From Waddliaceae bacterium (GTDB lineage Bacteria; Chlamydiota; Chlamydiia; Chlamydiales; Waddliaceae): 64,000 bases of DNA. The notes under the pieces were generated by a model. It was given only the letters and a program-made list of their open reading frames with translations. It was not told where the DNA came from and ran no database searches. The stretch lies in NCBI GenBank assembly GCA_963724325.1, contig CAVRUH010000007.1, forward strand, positions 416,001 to 480,000, in the 5' to 3' direction. The translations under genes were made by a program, and so were the position numbers. Shown piece after piece: positions 1 through 9,900 of this stretch (position 1 is its first letter; each line of letters opens with the position of its first letter).

Positions 1-2
1 AA

Positions 3-2273
3 GTTCGAGCAAAATATGACACTGCTACAGCAAAATTGGGACAGCATCGCATGGATCGCACTGCGAAAAACCCGGAACTAGAGAAAAATTCAAGGTTTTC
101 TCAAAGACAAACCGTTAAATTAGATCCAAGTAAACTCGGCATTGCCGACGCAAAAGCCGCTAAACTCGCAAGCGGCCCCCCAAAAAAACCACTTCCACCT
201 CTTCCTAGTGGAAATATAAACCAAGTTCGTGTCCAAGCAAAGACCGCTGAGTCATTACCCCGAAATATTTCAAATCAACCAGTTGCAAATGGCCCAGACA
301 TAAAGGCAGAAACGGCTAAAAAGATCCAAAATGCCATAGAAAATCTCGATGGAGACATTGATCAAACACACTTTGAAAAGTATGGGGTATCTCAACAAAA
401 AGGAGAGATTGACGGCGTTAAATACGAAATTAACTACTATAAGAAAGGTGCTTATAACGGCGCCAAAACCGAAGGATTTATCGTCCGCCTCGATACAGCT
501 TATAAGGCAATAAGGGAAAAATTCGCGGGAGATGAAAAATTTTTACAAATTTTTGATAAACTTTATAACGAATGTAAAGGTGACATCAACAAAAATTGCC
601 AGCTTGATGTTGAGACGATGAAAGATCCCAAAACTTCTATACCACACTACAAAAAGGCGCACGCGATTGCTGAGGAGAAAATTGCACAATTTCTTACAGA
701 TTCGGTCCATCTCAGAAACAGCGTTGGAACTCAAGGTGCAAAACCTTGCAAATTGGCCGATCTTCAACAAATGGAAAAAGACTACATCGTAAATCACGGT
801 CGTCCAGTCGTAATTAATGTTTTTTTTGCCGGAGATAAAAAATTTGTGAGCGCTCAATTTCCCGAAACCAAACATGGAGAGGCGCTCCCAAGTTCCGTCC
901 GTTATAAGGATGGTCTTTCAAATTATGTAACCACAGCTTTTGGCGAACTCAATGAAAATAATCAGGTCAATATTAGTTACCAAGCTGTAAGACATACAAT
1001 CATTACCCCTATCGCCATCGAAGATAAACACACCCGTCAAGCAATGGGCGTAAATAATGTGAAACAATCGCTCAAAGACTGGGCAGATAAAAAGAAAACA
1101 GATAAAAACAACGGCGACACAAAAGAACAAGCAATCGAAGTAGATTTAAGAACGATGATGCTCCTTACACCTGTTGTCGGAGATGATTTCCTGAGAAACA
1201 AAAGCAACGGAAAATGGAAGGGAGAAGGAGAATACACACAGTTTAAAGAGAGTGCGCTTATTTTAGCATCTTTCAATAATCAAACGATAGATATTGGTAC
1301 AGAAGGTAATCCAAAGTGGGTTAAAGTTAGTAGCTCAACAATGAATTTGGGGGTCAACGAAGTCGCTGCAAAGAACACTGTTCTAGGAGGAGTTGCACAG
1401 GGATTAACGAAATTATTAGGTCAACAGGGTAGGCAAGATGCACTTAACGCCAAAGGATTTCTAGAATTCCAAAGAGATATAAACAAATTTCTTGGCCTGG
1501 AAAATAAAGATGTCCCAAAAACAATGCACGAGCTTAACAATAATATCCAGAATGATTTTTCTGAATTACATGCTTCATATGGACAACTGCTTCAGCTCGA
1601 TAAGGAAGGTAAAAACACGGATGATATCAAGAAAAAAATTGACAATTTAACTGGCCAGATCGAAAAAAAAGAAAAGGAATTAGGGAAGTTAAACTTAAAA
1701 CAAGTCAATGAATTTAGTAAACAATATACTGGTGGAAATAATTTAAAAAGAAATCTCAACGAAATGAATGAACAATTGAAATTTATAAATGATCCAGAAA
1801 AACGGGATATTTATAAACTATTTTGCCGTGCTAAAGAGGTTTTTCTTACAGGCGATTTTGCTAAGTCCGATACAGTCATGGAATTTCAAAAAATCTATAT
1901 TAACCTTCACTCAAAAATGTCTAATTGCATTGAATTCAATTGCAAAAGCGGTGAAGATCGATCAGGCAGAGTCGATGATGCCGTACAGGAAATGGAACTT
2001 AAAAAACTTCTCAACGGCTCAATTTCCGATGATGAAATCATGCATACCATCCATCAGTTTTCTGCCAGTCAAAACAACACTGAATGGAATTCCGGCGCTC
2101 GCGGCCTGCAAATATCGGCTGCTGTCAACGATAAGAGCATCGCAACCATTGATAACAAAAATTCAAAATTGGCAAAAGAAGTCTATACAGTCGCTAAAGA
2201 AATCAAAAATCCTTCAGTTGCTGTACGGGCATACATAGAAGATAGTAAAAAATATTTAAACTCCGTCAAATAG
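3..2273 (+). CDS. Putative secreted phosphoinositide phosphatase effector (SopB/IpgD-like CX5R), 5'-truncated by the window edge
   Basis: Frame is open from position 3. NCKSGEDRSG (Cys codon at 1941) resembles SopB/IpgD NCKSGKDRTG, followed by NSGARGLQ; low-complexity N-terminus with KKPLPPLP. Confidence 0.7.
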   Translation, partial: VRAKYDTATAKLGQHRMDRTAKNPELEKNSRFSQRQTVKLDPSKLGIADAKAAKLASGPPKKPLPPLPSGNINQVRVQAKTAESLPRNISNQPVANGPDIKAETAKKIQNAIENLDGDIDQTHFEKYGVSQQKGEIDGVKYEINYYKKGAYNGAKTEGFIVRLDTAYKAIREKFAGDEKFLQIFDKLYNECKGDINKNCQLDVETMKDPKTSIPHYKKAHAIAEEKIAQFLTDSVHLRNSVGTQGAKPCKLADLQQMEKDYIVNHGRPVVINVFFAGDKKFVSAQFPETKHGEALPSSVRYKDGLSNYVTTAFGELNENNQVNISYQAVRHTIITPIAIEDKHTRQAMGVNNVKQSLKDWADKKKTDKNNGDTKEQAIEVDLRTMMLLTPVVGDDFLRNKSNGKWKGEGEYTQFKESALILASFNNQTIDIGTEGNPKWVKVSSSTMNLGVNEVAAKNTVLGGVAQGLTKLLGQQGRQDALNAKGFLEFQRDINKFLGLENKDVPKTMHELNNNIQNDFSELHASYGQLLQLDKEGKNTDDIKKKIDNLTGQIEKKEKELGKLNLKQVNEFSKQYTGGNNLKRNLNEMNEQLKFINDPEKRDIYKLFCRAKEVFLTGDFAKSDTVMEFQKIYINLHSKMSNCIEFNCKSGEDRSGRVDDAVQEMELKKLLNGSISDDEIMHTIHQFSASQNNTEWNSGARGLQISAAVNDKSIATIDNKNSKLAKEVYTVAKEIKNPSVAVRAYIEDSKKYLNSVK

Positions 2274-2275
2274 TC

Positions 2276-2305
2276 TTGCATATTTAATTTTCAGTATGGT
2301 ATAAT
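2276..2305 (+). promoter_or_regulatory. sigma66/sigma70-like promoter of brnQ
   Basis: TTGCAT-N18-TATAAT, 32 bp before the brnQ ATG. Confidence 0.45.
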
Positions 2306-2337
2306 TGCTCTAACAATTAAATCGTATAGGAAATTAT

Positions 2338-3474
2338 ATGCAACCACCAAGTAAGAGTTCAATTTTAGTGCTAGGCCTGGCAATTTTTGCAATGTTCTTT
2401 GGAGCAGGAAATATCATATTCCCGTTATATGTCGGACAGTTGGCAGGGGAAAATTATTTCTGGGGATTGGCTGGCTTCTGTTTGACTGGGGTTCTTTTAC
2501 CTTTCCTTGGTGTTCTCACTATGGTCATTTATGATGGGGATTATACTCGCTTTTTTGGTACATTAGGCAAAAATATAGGCTTTCTATTTACTTTAGCCTT
2601 GCTTTCCGTTTGGATTCCTCTTGGATGCGCCCCACGTTGCGTCACACTCTCTTTTGTTAACGTTAAGTCTGTCCTTGGCGATTTTCCGATTTGGATCTTT
2701 AGCTTAGCGTATTGCATATTGGTTTACGTAATCGCCTCCAAAAAAAGCCGAGCTTTAGATATTATTGGATATGTTCTCACGCCTCTTTTGCTTCTTTCGC
2801 TCGGATTTGTTGTCTTTGAAGGCCTGCGTTATTCTCCCGGAACTGGTCCATCTCAGATGACAGAAGGTTCGCTAATGCTTACTGGGCTTTATGAAGGATA
2901 CTACACCATGGATCTTATTGCTTCCTTCTTCTTTACTTCTACCGTAATCGTTACTTTACGTGAGATTGCAAAGACTGAAAGCGACTCAAAGCATGTGATT
3001 GGCGTTGCCATGAAGTCTTGCGCGATCGGCATGGCTGTCCTCTCCGTTGTTTATATGGGATTGGTAGGAGTAGCTGCCGCTAATGCACACATTCTGGTAG
3101 GAGTCCCAAAAGATGAACTGCTCGTTAAACTTGTAACTGAGCTTCTTGGTCCTCAGATGCGTATTGTATCGACGATAGCCGTCGTTCTTGCCTGCTTTAC
3201 GACTTCGATTGCTCTTCAAATCGTTTATTCCGATTTCTTGACCAACAACGTATTAAAAGGAAAAATCTCTAAGAAAACAGGTTCCTTGCTCACCTTGGCA
3301 ACAACTTTTGGCATGTCGATTTTGGGCTTTAAAGGGATCAGCAATATAACTGGTCCGATATTGGATATATTTTATCCATTATTGCTAGTCCTCATTGTGT
3401 GGAATATCGCAATTAAGCCATTGTTGACACGTTATACCGGCGCCTATCAGGATATTCAGATCAAAGAGGTTTAA
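2338..3474 (+). CDS. brnQ: Branched-chain amino acid:cation symporter
   Basis: GLAIFAMFFGAGNIIFP N-terminal motif, GYYTMDLIASFFF, LACFTTSI; polytopic membrane protein. Confidence 0.93.
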   Translation: MQPPSKSSILVLGLAIFAMFFGAGNIIFPLYVGQLAGENYFWGLAGFCLTGVLLPFLGVLTMVIYDGDYTRFFGTLGKNIGFLFTLALLSVWIPLGCAPRCVTLSFVNVKSVLGDFPIWIFSLAYCILVYVIASKKSRALDIIGYVLTPLLLLSLGFVVFEGLRYSPGTGPSQMTEGSLMLTGLYEGYYTMDLIASFFFTSTVIVTLREIAKTESDSKHVIGVAMKSCAIGMAVLSVVYMGLVGVAAANAHILVGVPKDELLVKLVTELLGPQMRIVSTIAVVLACFTTSIALQIVYSDFLTNNVLKGKISKKTGSLLTLATTFGMSILGFKGISNITGPILDIFYPLLLVLIVWNIAIKPLLTRYTGAYQDIQIKEV

Positions 3475-3503
3475 CAATAACATCATCGCATGGACACTAG
3501 GAA

Positions 3504-3697
3504 AACAGGATATGCATGATCGCAAAGCGGCAGGGCATGAAGGCATACGCATCAACCTAAAATATCTTTTACCACAGAGAACACGAGAGAACACAAGAGA
3601 GATCATTGAGTATAAAATAGCTCTGTGCTCTCTCTGGTTTCTCTGTGAACTTGGTGTTAATTTTTTTTTAAAGTTGATGCGTATGGGATATGAAGGA
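3504..3697. repeat. Composite element: palindromic-family left arm with a nested MITE-like element (3544-3685)
   Basis: ACAGGATATGCATGATCGCAAAGCGGCAGG is shared with 32027, and variants occur at 53194 and 63284. The inner element has 13-bp inverted ends CATACGCATCAAC (3544-3556) / GTTGATGCGTATG (3673-3685), flanked by GGGCATGAAGG / GGATATGAAGG. Confidence 0.75.
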
Positions 3698-3771
3698 TTG
3701 AAAAAAATATGTTTATTTTTTTTGCAATATCATTCATTCTCATTCAAAATTATTTCACTAAAAGATTGCTA

Positions 3772-6700
3772 ATGGACCTGTTGTATACGCAAAATACTAA
3801 TGTGATTGGTCATAATGTTAGGCCGAGGCCGCCACTTGATCATATTACCTCAAAAATTGCCCGTACAAGGGCAAAATTTGCAAATTTTGTTGCTCCCGCT
3901 CTTAACAAATTTCCTTGGAAATTTTCGAATGAAACTGTAGCAGACCGCCTCAGAACCGTCTTGAAGCTTATCGTCGAAGGAAAAGAAATAGAGGAATGGC
4001 TAACCATCATCAAAAACACAGTTGGAACATCGGACGTAATCGAAACACGAATGGCAGGAAGTACTTCAGTTGCGACAGTTTATCTACCATACCTCAATTA
4101 CGTAACTGAAAAATCCGAATTAGAAGATCGAGAAGAACTTAAAAAAGAGTTCAAAAAGAAAGAATTTCACACTTCTGATGTGGACATGAAAATCAGAGTC
4201 AAGTCAGGAGCCTCCTTAAACAAGCTTTTGAATCATAAGGAATGGTGTGTCAAGTATTCCGACCAAAACGTCATTATCCTTGCCATTGGAGAAGGAAAAA
4301 AACAGAGGCTTGATGTGGTTGTCTTTAAAACTCTAAAAGCTGATTTCGCTTTTTATGGCGACGATTTAACCATTAGTCTTGACGCAACCGACTTAAAAAC
4401 TAATACAGTCATTGTCAGTAGCAAATATCCCTGGGAATGGCTGCGCGCACAAGCCTTTGGCCTCATTGGAAATGGAGGAAGACGAGTTCATGAATTATTC
4501 CCAAGACTTCTAGGCAAACTCCTCAAAGGAGAAGTTTGTACAGACAATATGGAAGTTGAGCTCTTCAATTGTTGGGTCACAGCCTATTACAACTTCAAGG
4601 CCCAAAAAAAACCTGATCCATTGAATTACATCCTGAATAAACAATGGGAGGATCACGAATCTGGAGTCGTGCTCTCACGCTACCTGCTTGCTCTCAGATT
4701 GCAGCAATTGATCCTTACCTACAGTAATGACAAGGTGTTGCTCAAGGAAGCGGCAAGCATTTATTTGCAGGGTGAAGTCCCTGCATGGATAAAATTTGCT
4801 TTTAAAGCGATGAACACTAATGAGAACAATATCGAATTAATTCATAAGTTCATCCAGCGTCTAGGACTAATTGCCTTAAGCCGCGGATGGGAGCATCCTT
4901 TCCAAGCAAAAATTATCTGGCATGGGGGTGAACAAGTCTTGAGGCTTCGTGTTAGAGGCGATTTTGGGAAAAAGGACCTGCTGCTCAAGTTTAATTTAAA
5001 AGATTTATTGGATACAATCGATGAAACTGACTCTGAGATACTTCGAGGATTCCTTCAATCGCTATCAATAGATGGAATCCGTTTGCGGGAGATGTCCGAA
5101 GATTATAAAAAATCACTTGCTGACGTAGGATTAAATTCGGATGCTGTCAAAAAATTACGAAAATCGTTTCAGTATGTAGATATGTCAGTCGATACTTTTC
5201 TGCATATTTTCACCATAGATGATATTGAAGATAAAAGTCTTAGTGAAGAGATGCTGTTTCGTATAATACAGGCCAATCCCAAAATACTTTCTGAATGGAT
5301 TCAAAAAATGGATCGACCTGAATTTAAATCTCCCGAATATACTCAAGCTATCAGCAACTTAATTTGCGAAATACCTCATTTATTCAAAATGGAATGGATT
5401 CTGGCATTTTTAAGTTCTGAAAGATTTACTGCTAAGAAGCATCCAGAAGATCAATTATGTGCTTTTTTCTTCTCAAAAAATGCCGGTGTGCTTAATAAGA
5501 TAAAATCTTTCGAAATTAGACAATTTTCTTTTAGCCTATTTTCCTCGCTTTTTCGGGCGATAAGTCCTTGGGACGAATGCTATCAAAAATGGTGGGTGGA
5601 AAAAGCCCTAAAGGACGACTCTTTGCTTGAACATCTAGAACAATCACAATATCAAGACTGTCTGCGATTGGTCAAAGGAAAAGAAGATCCCATTTTAGAG
5701 AAAATGATAGCGACAAAAAGAGGCATAGAAATGATCGTAGATTTTCAAAAGTCAGTTACCCCAAAACTTCTTTATAAAATGACTCAGAATGCTGTGAAAA
5801 TTGACGACGGCTTTGAAATGGTTGAGAAGGTATTTGCTAAATTTAAAAATTGTATGAAGGATAATAAGCACACCAAGCTTTTAACCGAGTTAGCAACAAA
5901 AATGTTAATGCAACCCGGCGGAAATTTTAATCTGGTCCTTGCAATTAGCGATTTTTTTCAAATGAGCCCAATACGAGAGCACCTTCCTGATGCAGATAGC
6001 ATCTCGAAATTAATCAAGGGCGGGCACTTCGATTGGATCTATAAGATGTTGGAAGAAACCAGTCCGGAAGATCTTAATAAACTAACTCCTGATGTCTATT
6101 CTAAAATTTTAAATGCAACCAAAGACGTAGAAAAAAAAGCCAAAGTTCTTCAAAAATGTCTGCTTGTTTCAGAGAAAATTCAATTCCAATGGGAAGCATG
6201 TCTTCAAGATGCAAAATTAAATATCGATGTATGGAGTCGATTGTGCATGCATGGGCAAGTGCTTCAAATTCCCGTGGAAAAAATAGCCGGAATAGTTATG
6301 ACAACGTTACCAAAATATGCAAAAATTGCAAAAAAATTGGACCGAATAACGCACAATTATTTTATCAAGTTGATAACAGAACTTGATGTTCCCTTCAATT
6401 ATGCCTTTTGGATGGCGCTCTATAAATCAAAAAAGGTGAATATTGAACACTTATGGGATTCTGGATTTGCTCTTTTAAAAAAATTTGGCCTTGTTCCTTT
6501 GGAACAATATAATACAACTTTTGCAAAAGATTTTCCTATATGGATGGAACAAAATTCCAAAAGGAATAATTTAGAACAGCTGCGAGAAATTTTGCGTGCT
6601 GCAGCCATTCCCATAAGGGGAAATTCGTTAATTAGAACCGTTCGATCATTAAAAAATAGTACATCAAAAGCAGCTGTTTGGGTGCTTGAGAACCCACCAG

Positions 6701-6867
6701 GCCTCGATTTCGCCATATTGCTCGTAGAAGGCATTGTGACACTTTACCTGCTTCATAGTGTATACAGACAAGGCAATATAGCAAGATTGCCTAAATTCAT
6801 GATGATTTACGCTGCACTGATAGCTTGTTGCGTGTATATAATCAACAAGGCAAAGCAACTGGCGTAA
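3772..6867 (+). CDS. Large protein with N-terminal nucleotidyltransferase-like (FAM46/TENT5-like) domain and two C-terminal TM helices; paralog 1
   Basis: Start set by identity with paralog 2 (MDLLYTQN). GS (4057), DVD (4177) and D (4312) motifs; hydrophobic pair at the C-terminus. Confidence 0.6.
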   Translation: MDLLYTQNTNVIGHNVRPRPPLDHITSKIARTRAKFANFVAPALNKFPWKFSNETVADRLRTVLKLIVEGKEIEEWLTIIKNTVGTSDVIETRMAGSTSVATVYLPYLNYVTEKSELEDREELKKEFKKKEFHTSDVDMKIRVKSGASLNKLLNHKEWCVKYSDQNVIILAIGEGKKQRLDVVVFKTLKADFAFYGDDLTISLDATDLKTNTVIVSSKYPWEWLRAQAFGLIGNGGRRVHELFPRLLGKLLKGEVCTDNMEVELFNCWVTAYYNFKAQKKPDPLNYILNKQWEDHESGVVLSRYLLALRLQQLILTYSNDKVLLKEAASIYLQGEVPAWIKFAFKAMNTNENNIELIHKFIQRLGLIALSRGWEHPFQAKIIWHGGEQVLRLRVRGDFGKKDLLLKFNLKDLLDTIDETDSEILRGFLQSLSIDGIRLREMSEDYKKSLADVGLNSDAVKKLRKSFQYVDMSVDTFLHIFTIDDIEDKSLSEEMLFRIIQANPKILSEWIQKMDRPEFKSPEYTQAISNLICEIPHLFKMEWILAFLSSERFTAKKHPEDQLCAFFFSKNAGVLNKIKSFEIRQFSFSLFSSLFRAISPWDECYQKWWVEKALKDDSLLEHLEQSQYQDCLRLVKGKEDPILEKMIATKRGIEMIVDFQKSVTPKLLYKMTQNAVKIDDGFEMVEKVFAKFKNCMKDNKHTKLLTELATKMLMQPGGNFNLVLAISDFFQMSPIREHLPDADSISKLIKGGHFDWIYKMLEETSPEDLNKLTPDVYSKILNATKDVEKKAKVLQKCLLVSEKIQFQWEACLQDAKLNIDVWSRLCMHGQVLQIPVEKIAGIVMTTLPKYAKIAKKLDRITHNYFIKLITELDVPFNYAFWMALYKSKKVNIEHLWDSGFALLKKFGLVPLEQYNTTFAKDFPIWMEQNSKRNNLEQLREILRAAAIPIRGNSLIRTVRSLKNSTSKAAVWVLENPPGLDFAILLVEGIVTLYLLHSVYRQGNIARLPKFMMIYAALIACCVYIINKAKQLA

Positions 6868-6955
6868 GGTCATTCGTATCCTGTAATATTCTTTAGATTA
6901 CAGCAGGTGTTATCTCTTTCTGAAAAATTAGTGATTTTGTAGAATATATACCTAT

Positions 6956-9900
6956 ATGGACCTATTATATACGCAAAATACTAATGTGATTGGTCATAAT
7001 GTTAGGCCGACGCCGCCACTTGATCATATTACCTCAAAAATTGCCCGTACAAGGGCAAAATTTGCAAATTTTGTTGCTCCCGCTCTTAACAAATTTCCTT
7101 GGAAATTTTCGAATGAAACTGTAGCAGACCGCCTCAGAAGCGTCTTGAAGCTTATCGTCGAAGGAAAAGAAATTGAGGAATGGCTAACCATCATCAAAAA
7201 CACAGTTGGAACATCGGACGTAATCGAAACACGCATGGCAGGAAGTACTTCAGTTGCGACAGTTTATCTACCATACCTCAATTACGTAACTGAAAAATCC
7301 GAATTAGAAGATCGAGAAGAACTTAAAAAAGAGTTCAAAAAGAAAGAATTTCACACTTCTGATGTGGACATGAAAATCAGAGTCAAGTCAGGAGCCTCCT
7401 TAAACAAGCTTTTGAATCATAAGGAATGGCGTGTCAAGTATTCCAGCCAGAACGTCATCCTCCTTGCCATCGGAGAAGGAAAAAAACAGAGGCTTGATGT
7501 GGTTGTCTTTAAAACTCTAGAAGCTGATTTCGCTTTTCATGGCGACGATTTAACCATTAGTCTTGACGCAACCGACTTAAAAACTAATACAGTCATCGTC
7601 AGTAGCAAATATCCCTGGGAATGGCTGCGCGCACAAGCCTTTGGCCTCATTGGAAACGGAGGAAGACGAGTTCATGAATTATTCCCAAGACTTCTAGGCA
7701 AACTCCTCAAAGGAGAAGTTTGTACAGACAATATGGAAGTTGAGCTCTTCCATTGCTGGGTTAATGCTTACTACAACTTTAAAGCCGAAAAAAAACCTGA
7801 TCCATTGAATTTCATACTGAATAAACAGTGGGAAGACCACGAATCTGGAGTCGTTCTTTCGCGTTACTTACTGGCCCTCCGATTGCAGCAATTGATCCTT
7901 ACCCATACTAAAGACCCTGTAATGCTTAGAGAAGCGGTAAATGTCAATTTAAAGGGAGATATTCCACTATGGCTTAATTCTATTTTTAAAGCCATGAAGG
8001 TTCACGGGGCCAATATCCAATCGATTCATAACATTATCGAACGGCTCGGTTATATCGCCTTATGTGAAGGATGGGAGGATAATCCCTTCACAGCAAAAGT
8101 AGTCTGGCATGGCGGTGAACAGGTCATGCGACTTCGATTCCGAGGCGACTTTGGAAAAAAAGACCTGCTTTTCAAGTTTAATCCAAAAGATTCCTTGAAT
8201 CCAATAGTTGGTGTTGATCCCGAAATCATTAGAGGCATTGTTCGTTCGCTATCCTTTGAAGGTATACATTGTCGAGAGATGACAGAAGAGTATAAAAAAT
8301 CACTTCTAAGCGCTGGCTTAAATCCAGATGCCGCCAAAAAGCTGAGAAAATCGTTACTTTGTTCCAACGGAAAAATTCAATTTGGAGGAAAAAAATCAAT
8401 AGTTGCTCTTGAAATTGATGAATCTGATGATCCAAAGCAACTCATTGCGGCAGGAAATTTTGTCTTTGATAATTATAAGCATGATCCTATTAAACGTCTT
8501 AAGTTGTGTTGGAAGGTTGTCAGAAAGTCTTTGATTCATGCCGCTGATTTGGTCGAAAAACTTAGAAAGGCAGGAGAAGTCCCCCCTGAAGGATACGCGA
8601 CTCTATTTAATGATGTTCTTAATGCTCGCAGCGATATTAGTATCTGCAAAGCATGCAACCCCTTTCCCGATATTGGAGACGATAATTGGCTTCTTTTGGT
8701 CCAGGAAAAGGGCTCCAAAAGAAAATTATTGGCAAAATTGATAGATACCGCAAACGTCTTAGGAGAGACTTTCCTGCAGATTTTTTCTTTTGATGATATT
8801 CAAGATCAAAGTCTGAACGAAGATATGTTGTATAAAATAGTACAAGCCAAACCTAAAACGGCTCCTCTATGGATCCAAAAAATGGATCGACCAGAATTTA
8901 TTACACCTCAATATAAACAGGCTATAAGCAATATTATTATCGACATGCCCCACGCATTTAAATTGGAATGGTTACTTGCTTATTTTCGGTCAGAACGATT
9001 CGTTGCTAAGAAACATCATGAAGACCAAATGTGTGCGGTTTTCCTCTCGAAAAATATCGGTGTGCTCAATAAGGCAAAATTCCTCGAACTGCTGCAAATC
9101 CAAGAACCAACTCTGTGGCATACCGTAGCTAATGAATGCATCAGCCGCGGCGAAGTTCTCCCTCCTATTTTCAAAACAATCAAGGATGTCGACTCTCAAA
9201 CCATTGTAACTTGCTATGAAATTATCGAAAGTACCGAGCCATCAGAAGTACTTCTTAAAAAACTTAAAAAAATAAAACTTAACGATACTCTTCGCGAGTC
9301 CGTTCTTGTACGACTTATTAAAAATTGGGACAAGAAAAAAGTCGATATACATCTCCTGGAGTTCTTTAATAGCCAAATTAAATGGAAAGAGATCTTCGAA
9401 AAAGCTCAATCAGCAAAAAGCATTTTACGCGAAATTAGACATTGTCCCTTTAGCCTCTATTCCTCGCTATTTAGAGCAATCAGTCCGCCAGACGAATGTT
9501 ACCAAAGATGGTGGGTAGAAAAGGCTTTAAAGGAAGACTTATTACTTGAAAATTTAGAGCATTCACTTTACAAAGAATGCCTCTGTTTGGTCAAAGGAAA
9601 AGAAGAACCTGTTTTAGAGAAAATGCTTACAACAAAACGGGGCATAGAATTAGTTCTAGAAATTAAAGAATCAGTTTCTTCAAATCTACTTTATAAATTG
9701 ACACTCCAAGCCATGAAAATTGAGGATGGTTCAGAAACAGCAGCAAAAGTATTTGGCAAGTTCAAAAATTATAAGAGGGATGAAAAAAACATTAAGCTCC
9801 TCACTGAATTAGCTATCACAACGCTTATGCACCCCAAAGGTAATATCGATCTTGTCATTGCTATTGGCGAATTTCTTAAAAAAAATCCAATAGGGGATTG

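Noticed and set aside
3512..3772. 86-aa ORF and the 3709 start for paralog 1
   Set aside because: The ORF runs through repeat DNA; paralog comparison fixes the start at 3772
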